Positions 44,178 to 51,843 of a stretch of DNA of 64,000 nt are shown in pieces. A model generated the notes under the pieces. The model was not told the DNA's origin, ran no database searches, and worked only from the letters and a program-made list of their open reading frames with translations. Both the position numbers and the translations under genes were made by a program. The DNA lies in assembly GCA_041651395.1 (NCBI GenBank), contig JBAZJI010000001.1:25169-89168 (forward strand). Reading direction: 5' to 3'. How positions within the stretch are numbered: the stretch's first letter is position 1; every line of letters starts with the position of its first letter. Origin of the DNA: Minisyncoccota bacterium. Its GTDB lineage: Bacteria > Patescibacteriota > Minisyncoccia > Minisyncoccales > JAGOPM01.

Positions 44178-45413
44178 ATGAGCAAGGCCCATTTTGCTAT
44201 CGGTCTAGATATTGGCAGTGGAGGCATTAAAGGTATTTGTGCAACTAGAAAAAAGGAAACGGAGCAATACGAGGTTTTTGCCACTTCGGAAATTGCTTCT
44301 TTTGGCGTGCGCAAAGGCGTCGTAGAAATACCCGAAAAGGTTTCGGAAAAAATTAGGTTGGTAGTCAAGGAATTGGTTACTACCACTGGGGGCAAAATTA
44401 GCAGTGCCTGTATTAATATTAACGGGTCAAGGATATTTGGTAAGCAGTCCAAAGGCAATGTTGTCATTGCTAATGCCAATGAAATTATAACTGAAGATGA
44501 CATGCTTCGGGCTCTAGAAGCGGCTAAGGCCATTTCTTTGACTCCTAATCATGAAGTTTTAGATGTCTTTCCCAATGAGTATATCGTGGACAATGAAAAC
44601 GGAATTAAAGATCCGGTAGGGATGAAGGGTACGCGCCTGGAAGCCGATATCATGGCGGTTTGCGCTTTTAATCCGCATAAAAAATATTTGACCGATGCGG
44701 TGCTTGATGCCGATGTGGAAGTCGACGATATTATTCCCAGTCCCTTGGCAGCCGCCTCGTCGGTTTTAACTTTGGAACAAAAAGAATTGGGAACTATTTT
44801 AATAGATTTTGGGGCAGGCACAACCAGCTTGGCTGTTTTTGAGGAGGGAAAGCTTTTACATGTAGCCATATTCCCCATTGGCTCAAATAATATTACCAAT
44901 GATATCGCCATAGGTTTGCGCACCTCCGTGGAAATGGCCGAAAGGGTTAAGCGTGATTATAAGACTAAGGCACCCAAAAAGACGGCTAAAGCTAAAAAAT
45001 CCAAAGTTATTGTTTTGGAGGATGATGACTCCCTTGTGAAAGAAGAACCGATAATTTCCTATAATCATAAATTTTTGGAAAAAATAATTAATAGCCGGAT
45101 GGCGGAAATTTTTTCCCTTATTTCCGAGGAATTGAAAAAGATTGGCCGCCAAGGGCGCCTGCCGGGCGGGGCAGTCTTGGTGGGGGGGGGCTCTAAACTC
45201 GCCGGCATAAGTGAATGTTGCAAAAAGTATCTTAATATACCTACAAGAATAGGCTATCCACAGGGTTTTGTGGGTATTGACCCCGACCCCACCCTTGCCG
45301 TATTATGCGGATTAGTAATGGATAGGGACGTAGAGGTCGTAAAATCTGGCCCGGGAATATTTTCAGCAATCGGGAAGGCAATCGGCCGGGCACTAAAATT
45401 TTTCATTCCCTGA
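44178..45413 (+). CDS. ftsA: Cell division protein FtsA
   Basis: Actin-fold phosphate motifs (GLDIGSGGIKG, IDFGAGTTS, VLVGGGSKLAG). C-terminal amphipathic helix (GIFSAIGKAIGRALKFF). Confidence 0.9.
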   Translation: MSKAHFAIGLDIGSGGIKGICATRKKETEQYEVFATSEIASFGVRKGVVEIPEKVSEKIRLVVKELVTTTGGKISSACININGSRIFGKQSKGNVVIANANEIITEDDMLRALEAAKAISLTPNHEVLDVFPNEYIVDNENGIKDPVGMKGTRLEADIMAVCAFNPHKKYLTDAVLDADVEVDDIIPSPLAAASSVLTLEQKELGTILIDFGAGTTSLAVFEEGKLLHVAIFPIGSNNITNDIAIGLRTSVEMAERVKRDYKTKAPKKTAKAKKSKVIVLEDDDSLVKEEPIISYNHKFLEKIINSRMAEIFSLISEELKKIGRQGRLPGGAVLVGGGSKLAGISECCKKYLNIPTRIGYPQGFVGIDPDPTLAVLCGLVMDRDVEVVKSGPGIFSAIGKAIGRALKFFIP

Positions 45414-45416
45414 TAT

Positions 45417-46388
45417 ATGACAGCCAAAAACCCTCTTGAGCAGGGTATCAAAAAGACAAAGATCCGGATTGTAGGCGTTGGCGGCGCTGGCGGTAATGCT
45501 GTGTCGCATATGGCCAAATGGAATGTTCGGGGCGTTGAACTAATTGCCGTTAATTGTGATATTGTCGATCTGAAAAAAATTGATGCGGATAAAAAAATTC
45601 AAATCGGGAAGAATTTGACCCAAGGCTTGGGTGCGGGCATGAAGCCGGAAGTCGGCCGAAAGGCGGCCGAAGAAGGCCGCGAAGAAATTTCCGAAGCCCT
45701 CAAGGATTCCGATATTGTATTTGTTGCTGCCGGAATGGGTGGCGGAACAGGGACGCTCTCGGCTGGAGTGGTGGCAGAAATTGCCAAAGCGATGGGTGCT
45801 CTAACGATTGGTATCGTAATTTTGCCTTTTGTTTTTGAGGGGCAATACCGAATGAGATTAGCCAAACAGGGTCTGGCTGATTTGAAACAAAAAGTTGATG
45901 CTATTATTGTTATTCCCAATGACAAGATAATAAACCGGAATTATAAGGAACAAACGGTGCAAGAAGCTTTTTCTTTGAGTGATGATATTTTGCGTCAAGC
46001 CGTGCAGGGCATTTCTGATCTGATAGTTGTTCCCGGATTGATAAATTTGGATTTTGCCGACATTAAGGCCATTATGCAGAATTCCGGCCCAGTACTCTTC
46101 GGGGTGGGGCAAGGCCGCGGCGAAAAACGGGTAGAAGAGGCGGTGGATATGGCCTTAAACAGTCCATTTTTGAATGCTAGTATTAAAGGGGCGACTGGTT
46201 TGCTTTTTAATATTTCTGGTGGAGATGATCTTTCCATTGAAGATGTCAAAGAAACAGCTAAACTGGTAACTCAAAGTATTAGCCCGCAGGCCAAAATCGT
46301 TTTTGGCGCCATCCAAGACGGGAAGGCCTACAAAGACGGGACGATCAAGCTCACCGTGATTGCGACAGGCGTTGAACAAAATGACTGA
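45417..46388 (+). CDS. ftsZ: Cell division GTPase FtsZ, core only (323 aa, no C-terminal linker or conserved tail)
   Basis: GVGGAGGNAV, tubulin signature GMGGGTGT, NxDxxD (NLDFADI). Ends ...KLTVIATGVEQND. Confidence 0.95.
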   Translation: MTAKNPLEQGIKKTKIRIVGVGGAGGNAVSHMAKWNVRGVELIAVNCDIVDLKKIDADKKIQIGKNLTQGLGAGMKPEVGRKAAEEGREEISEALKDSDIVFVAAGMGGGTGTLSAGVVAEIAKAMGALTIGIVILPFVFEGQYRMRLAKQGLADLKQKVDAIIVIPNDKIINRNYKEQTVQEAFSLSDDILRQAVQGISDLIVVPGLINLDFADIKAIMQNSGPVLFGVGQGRGEKRVEEAVDMALNSPFLNASIKGATGLLFNISGGDDLSIEDVKETAKLVTQSISPQAKIVFGAIQDGKAYKDGTIKLTVIATGVEQND

Positions 46389-47886
46389 AAGTGACGGCCT
46401 CCTTTTTTGTTGTTTAGCTTTTATTGGTGGGATTTTTTGTGGTTCCATACTCAATGTATGGAATTTTTTATTTTCTCCTAATATTTTATGGTGGCTTATT
46501 ATCTTGGCCTTTATTATTGGAATTATTTTATGGTGGCAGAGTAACAAAAGGTTGCCAATTCTATTTTTCTTTTTAGCTTTTATATTTTTGGGGATATTGT
46601 TTTTTACAAATCGAATTGGGCAAATCGCCAAAAATCAGATTACCCAAATTGCGGCGCGAGGAGAATTTTGTATTATCCGTGGCATTATTTGCGAAGAGCC
46701 GGTTGCCCGGGAATTTGGGCAACAAATCAAGCTTTGTGCTGCTCAAATTACTAAGAAAAATGGCACAGCCTCAAAACTGCAGGGAGGGGTGCAATTTTAC
46801 ACAACGGAAAAACTTGCCTTTGGGGACAAGGTGGAAGTTAGGGGAATTTTAGAGGAGGCGCCGATATTTGAAACATTTAATTATCGTAAATATTTGCAAA
46901 AGGATTCAATTTTTGGTCAGATGAAGCGCCCGCAAATAAGAATTATTGCCCGTAATCGAGGCAATATTATTTATACCCTTATTATTGATCTGCGCCGAAA
47001 AATGCGCAGTTTTATCCAAGGGGCATTTGGCGGGGAAGCGGCGGGAATCATGCGCGCTTATATTTTGGGAGACAAAAATTCTTTAAGCCAGGGTTTTCAA
47101 GAAAATTTGTCAGCGGCGGGGCTCTCCCACATAATTGCCATTTCCGGGGCCCATATCGTAATGTTTGAATCCATGATTTTTGCTTTATTTTTAACTTTGG
47201 GTTTTTGGCGCAAGCAGGCCCTGCAGGCCACCTTGCTGTTTGTTTTATTCTACGTTATCCTCACCGGTTTTTTAGTTTCAGCGGTCCGGGCTGCGATAAT
47301 GGCTTCATTTTTTATCTTTGCCAAATTGCTTGGCCGGCTTTCGCAAGCTATTAGAATTTTGATAATAAGCGCGGCAATAATGTTGGCCTTTAATCCTTTG
47401 CTTTTGTTTTATGATATTTCCTTTCAGCTGTCGTTTTTGTCGGTTTTGGGCATGTGTCTGCTGCAGCCGTATTTTCTGAAAAAGCTGTTAATTTTCCCGG
47501 AAATGGGCTTCTTGCAGCTTCGGACAAACTTGGCCACGACTTTTTCGGCTCTAATTTTTACCTTGCCCGTTGTTTCGTTGGGTTTTGGCAGGATTTCCCT
47601 CATTGCTCCATTGGCTAATCTTTTGGCCCTGCCCATTGCCGGGATAATGCTGGCTTTAGGGGCTTGTGCCGTCTTTTTGGGAGCTTTTTGGCCAACGGGG
47701 GGCTGGGTGTTAGCTTTGCCGGTTTTTCCTTTGGTTTCTTATTTGCGTTTAGTAGTGAACTTTTTGGGCGGTCTGCCCTTGGCCAGTATTAATTTCCGTT
47801 TAGGCGTAATTTTGACAACGCTTTATGCTTTTGTTTTGGCAGTTTTTGTTTTACATGTGAGAAAAACGATGGCATTTGACCCTTAA
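46381..47886 (+). CDS. comEC: ComEC/Rec2 DNA-uptake channel (DUF4131 plus competence TM domain, no metallo-beta-lactamase domain)
   Basis: Polytopic membrane protein with N-terminal OB-like region and the GLSHIIAISGAHI competence motif. ATG at 46381 overlaps the ftsZ stop by 8 nt. Confidence 0.8.
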   Translation: MTESDGLLFCCLAFIGGIFCGSILNVWNFLFSPNILWWLIILAFIIGIILWWQSNKRLPILFFFLAFIFLGILFFTNRIGQIAKNQITQIAARGEFCIIRGIICEEPVAREFGQQIKLCAAQITKKNGTASKLQGGVQFYTTEKLAFGDKVEVRGILEEAPIFETFNYRKYLQKDSIFGQMKRPQIRIIARNRGNIIYTLIIDLRRKMRSFIQGAFGGEAAGIMRAYILGDKNSLSQGFQENLSAAGLSHIIAISGAHIVMFESMIFALFLTLGFWRKQALQATLLFVLFYVILTGFLVSAVRAAIMASFFIFAKLLGRLSQAIRILIISAAIMLAFNPLLLFYDISFQLSFLSVLGMCLLQPYFLKKLLIFPEMGFLQLRTNLATTFSALIFTLPVVSLGFGRISLIAPLANLLALPIAGIMLALGACAVFLGAFWPTGGWVLALPVFPLVSYLRLVVNFLGGLPLASINFRLGVILTTLYAFVLAVFVLHVRKTMAFDP

Positions 47887-47914
47887 AATATGATATAATT
47901 TAGAGACAAACTTT

Positions 47915-49207
47915 ATGGAAAAGAAAGCCTGGATTATTGATGTAAATATGGGTTATGGACACCAAAGGACGGCCTACCCGCTTTTGCCCATGGCGCAGGA
48001 CGAGAAGAATATTAATGCTAATTCTTATCCGGGAATAAGTTTGAAGGATAAGAGTATTTGGAGTCAATCCCAAGAATTTTACGAGTTTATTTCTCGATTC
48101 AAAAAAATTCCCTTTATTGGCGAGGCCGGGTTTGCTTTGTTTAATGAATTTCAAAAAATTCAACCGTTTTATCCAAAGCGGGATATGTCGGGGGCTAATA
48201 TTTTTTTCCGAGCAACTAATATGTTGATTTGGACTGGCTGGGGCAAAGATTTGATTAATCAATGTGCCAAAACGCCAGTGCCCTTTGTGACCACATTTTT
48301 CGTGACTGCCTTTATGGCTGAGCATTTTAATTATCCTAATGAGATATATTGCATTGTTTGCGACACTGACATTGCCCGACCTTGGGCGCCGCTTAATCCC
48401 AAAAAGTCCAGAATAAAATATTTTGCTCCTACGCGACGGGTAGTGGATAGGCTAGTCATGTATGGAGTGAGAAGGGAAAATATTTTTTATACCGGTTTTC
48501 CTTTGCCCTTGGAAAATGTCGGCATTGGCAATTTGGAAATCCTTAAGGGTGATTTAGCTAATAGATTGGTTAATTTGGACCCTAAAAAAGTATTTTACAA
48601 AAAATATAAGCCTTTGATCGATGAATATGTCGGCCCGCTGCCAGAAAAATCCGACCATCCTTTGACCATGCTTTTTTCCGTGGGCGGAGCGGGTGCGCAA
48701 AAAGAAGAGGGGATGATGTTGGTGGAGCAATTCCGCAATCAACTCCAAAAAGGAGAGATGAAGATAATTTTATCTCCGGGTATCAGAAAGAATATAGCCG
48801 ACTATTTTACCGCCCAGATAAAAAAACTTGGCTTGAGCGAGCTTATCGGTAAGAGTCTGGAAATTTTATATGAGCCAGATATCGTTAAGTATTTTGACAG
48901 ATTCAACGCTTGTTTGCGTAAAACCGATATTTTGTGGACTAAGCCCAGCGAGCTTTCTTTTTATTCTAATTTGGCTGTTCCGATTATGATTTTGCCGACG
49001 ATCGGTTATCAGGAAGATTTTAATAAGCGTTGGCTATTGCGTAATGATTTTGGTTTTGAGCCCGAGGATATGCGCTATGCCTTCCAATGGATTTATGATT
49101 ATTTAGATGCTGGGCTTTTGGCCGATTGTGCCATGCAGGGTCTGGTTGAAGGGGAACAAATGGGAGCATTTAAGATCAGGGATATTATTTGGGGTAATTC
49201 AAAATAA
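47915..49207 (+). CDS. Putative glycosyltransferase (MGDG-synthase/GT28-like architecture)
   Basis: N-terminal VNMGYGHQRTA (GxGH-type motif). Mid-region YFAPTRRVVDRLVMYGVRRENIFYTGFPLP resembles the MGDG synthase linker. Weak call. Confidence 0.4.
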   Translation: MEKKAWIIDVNMGYGHQRTAYPLLPMAQDEKNINANSYPGISLKDKSIWSQSQEFYEFISRFKKIPFIGEAGFALFNEFQKIQPFYPKRDMSGANIFFRATNMLIWTGWGKDLINQCAKTPVPFVTTFFVTAFMAEHFNYPNEIYCIVCDTDIARPWAPLNPKKSRIKYFAPTRRVVDRLVMYGVRRENIFYTGFPLPLENVGIGNLEILKGDLANRLVNLDPKKVFYKKYKPLIDEYVGPLPEKSDHPLTMLFSVGGAGAQKEEGMMLVEQFRNQLQKGEMKIILSPGIRKNIADYFTAQIKKLGLSELIGKSLEILYEPDIVKYFDRFNACLRKTDILWTKPSELSFYSNLAVPIMILPTIGYQEDFNKRWLLRNDFGFEPEDMRYAFQWIYDYLDAGLLADCAMQGLVEGEQMGAFKIRDIIWGNSK

Positions 49208-49209
49208 CT

Positions 49210-50118
49210 ATGTTGTGGTTAATTATTGCCATAGCGGCTTATTTTTTACTAGCCGTTACCAATACCGGAGATAAGTTACTGATTAGTCATGTAGTTTCCG
49301 ATCCTAAAGAATATGTTTTTTTGGTTGGATTGCCTTTGGGATTTTTGGCGATATTTATCCCGTTTTTTGGCTGGCCAGAGCCCAAAATTGCACTCTTGGC
49401 TCTGGTGGCCGGATTTATTTTTAACTACGGCCTTTATTGGCTTTATTTGTCATTAAAAAATTTCGACTCCTCACAAGCTATTCCGGCTATTTCCGGCTTA
49501 GTCCCGGTTTTCACTACCTTGCTTTCATTTTTATTTTTGGGCGAGATTATTAATTGGCATCAAGGCAGCGCCCTTGTTTTGCTTGTTTTGGGCAGCGTTC
49601 TTATTTCTTTATCGCCAAAATTCCGGCTAGATAAAAAAGCGTTAGCCTATGCGGCTACCGCCGCCTTCCTTTTTGCCGCCGCTTTTGTTTTAAGCCGAGA
49701 GGTTTTTCGCGCTAGCGGGAGTTTTTGGCAAGCCTTGCTCTGGATAAAATTTGGAGGATTTTTTATTTCTTTGGCTATTGGAGTTTTTTGTCCGCAAGTT
49801 TTGAAAGGCTTGATCGGCCGGCCCAAGGCCAATGCCCAAAAAGGGTTTTGGCTTTACTTAAATCAATTTATCGGTATTGTCGCCAATATTTTACAGAATT
49901 TTTCTATTTGGCTTTCCTCCCAGATTGCCGTCGCCTTGCCAATAATTAATGCGCTGCAAGGCGTACAATATATTTTTATTATGTTGTTTGCGTGGATACT
50001 AAGAAAGCGCTTTCCTAAACAAATAGATGAAGATTTTTCTTCCCATGCGCTTCTCCGAAAAATTTCCGGTTTGGTTTTACTTTGCTCTGGTTTAATAATT
50101 TTTGCCTCTTTGACATGA
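49210..50118 (+). CDS. Polytopic membrane protein, DMT/EamA-like transporter
   Basis: About 10 predicted TM helices in two similar halves. 2 nt after the previous stop. Confidence 0.5.
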   Translation: MLWLIIAIAAYFLLAVTNTGDKLLISHVVSDPKEYVFLVGLPLGFLAIFIPFFGWPEPKIALLALVAGFIFNYGLYWLYLSLKNFDSSQAIPAISGLVPVFTTLLSFLFLGEIINWHQGSALVLLVLGSVLISLSPKFRLDKKALAYAATAAFLFAAAFVLSREVFRASGSFWQALLWIKFGGFFISLAIGVFCPQVLKGLIGRPKANAQKGFWLYLNQFIGIVANILQNFSIWLSSQIAVALPIINALQGVQYIFIMLFAWILRKRFPKQIDEDFSSHALLRKISGLVLLCSGLIIFASLT

Positions 50119-51113
50119 CAAATAATAAGCATAAAATTCTTTTTATGGTTTTAGTTATCCTCTTAATTATTTTTATATTTTTCTTTGTCGGGGCAGCCAG
50201 AAAACCGGCGAAAATATCTTGGGGCCTGAATTTTTCCCCAAAATTTGCCCAGAGCTTGGGCCTAAATTGGCGCGAGACTTATTTGGCAATGTTAGATGAT
50301 TTGGGCGCGAAAAATATGAAAATAGCCGCCCATTGGGATAATTTGGAAAGGGCTGATGGAAAATTTGATTTTTCCGATTTGGATTTTATGATGGATGAAT
50401 TGGCCAAAAGAGAAGGCAAGGCTATTGTTGTTTTTGGCTTAAAAACAACCCGTTGGCCAGAGTGCCATATGCCCGATTACGCCAGCAAACTTGAGAAAGA
50501 AAAACAACAAGAAAGAATAATCAGGCTTATCCGGGAGGTAGTTTTGCGCTACAAGGATCATAAGGCTTTGGCTTATTGGCAGCCGGAAAATGAGGCGCTT
50601 TTCCCATTCGGGCAATGCCCTTGGGTTGATGAAAGTTTTTACAAAAAAGAATTGGCCTTGGTTAAGGAACTTGATCCAACGCATCCCACTATTATGGCTG
50701 ATAGCGGGGAGGGATCATTTTGGTTCAAGGCGGCCCAAAACAGCGACCTGCCATCAACTACTTTATATCGGAAGGCCTATTTCGAGCATTGGAAGGTTTA
50801 TGTCAATTATCCTTTCCCGCCGGTATTTTACTATCGCAAAGCCTTATTGGTAAAATGGTTTTTTAATAAAGAGGTGATTTTAGGCGAGTTACAGGCTGAG
50901 CCTTGGGGGCCAAAATTAATACCCCAAACCCCTTGGGCTGAGCAGGAAAAAGCCTTTGATTTTAAGCAATTTAAGGCTAATATTGACTTTGGGGCCAATA
51001 CTGGGTTTAATAAAGTCTATCTTTGGGGGGCAGAATGGATGTATTGGGCTAAAACCCAACAAAACCACCCAGAGTTTTGGGAGTATGCTAAAACGATAAT
51101 AAATAGCAAGTAA
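50115..51113 (+). CDS. Membrane-anchored clan GH-A (TIM-barrel) glycoside hydrolase-like protein
   Basis: N-terminal TM helix. WQPENE (Asn-Glu acid/base motif) and a second Glu region (ADSGEG). The ATG at 50115 overlaps the upstream stop (ATGA). Confidence 0.5.
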   Translation: MTNNKHKILFMVLVILLIIFIFFFVGAARKPAKISWGLNFSPKFAQSLGLNWRETYLAMLDDLGAKNMKIAAHWDNLERADGKFDFSDLDFMMDELAKREGKAIVVFGLKTTRWPECHMPDYASKLEKEKQQERIIRLIREVVLRYKDHKALAYWQPENEALFPFGQCPWVDESFYKKELALVKELDPTHPTIMADSGEGSFWFKAAQNSDLPSTTLYRKAYFEHWKVYVNYPFPPVFYYRKALLVKWFFNKEVILGELQAEPWGPKLIPQTPWAEQEKAFDFKQFKANIDFGANTGFNKVYLWGAEWMYWAKTQQNHPEFWEYAKTIINSK

Positions 51114-51116
51114 ACA

Positions 51117-51821
51117 ATGGAACTAAGTATTATTATTCCGACTCTTAATGAGGAAAAACGTTTGCCGGCCCTCCTGCATTGTATCAAGGCCGACAATTAT
51201 AATGATTACGAAATTATTATTGCCGATGCCGGGTCAAAAGACGCAACTCGGGATATTGCTTTGGCTTTCGGTTGTCAAATCGTCAAAGGCGGATTACCGG
51301 CTAAGGGCCGCAACGAAGGCAGTAAAGTTGCCAAAGGAGAGTTTTTGCTCTTTTTAGATGCTGACATTCAGTTGCCTGAGAATTTTCTATCTATAGCTAT
51401 GAAAGAGAGAAAGGAAAGGAGCTTAGACGTGTCTTCTTTTCCTATCCAGCCCATGGAAGGAAATTTATTATTAAATAAAGCGACCCTAAATGTTTTTTAT
51501 AACATTTGGATGGAGCCCATGGTTTGGGGCGCAATGGCTATTATGTGTCGTAAAACTTTATTCCAAAAAGTCGGGGGATTTGATGAGGCTATTACTTTAG
51601 CTGAAGATCATTATTTTATGAGCCAAGCCGCGAAGATTGGAACTTTTGGGATAATCCAAGGCACGAAGTTTTATATGCCGACCAGGCGCTTCGAAAAGGA
51701 TGGATACATGAGCACTTTTTGGAAATATTTGATCTGCGGGATAAGGCTTAAAACTATCGGTCCGGACCGCGGAGGAAAGTTTAAGTACGAATTCGACCAC
51801 TACGACGAAAAGGGTCAGTAA
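51117..51821 (+). CDS. Family 2 glycosyltransferase
   Basis: LSIIIPTLNE, ADAGSKD, FLDAD (DxD) motifs. Confidence 0.8.
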   Translation: MELSIIIPTLNEEKRLPALLHCIKADNYNDYEIIIADAGSKDATRDIALAFGCQIVKGGLPAKGRNEGSKVAKGEFLLFLDADIQLPENFLSIAMKERKERSLDVSSFPIQPMEGNLLLNKATLNVFYNIWMEPMVWGAMAIMCRKTLFQKVGGFDEAITLAEDHYFMSQAAKIGTFGIIQGTKFYMPTRRFEKDGYMSTFWKYLICGIRLKTIGPDRGGKFKYEFDHYDEKGQ

Positions 51822-51843
51822 TAAAAAATAATAATTTACGACC

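Noticed and set aside
46155-46631. 158-aa minus-strand ORF spanning the ftsZ/comEC junction.
   Set aside because: It is antisense to two well-supported genes, has Lys/Ile-rich low-information composition, and has no expression signals.
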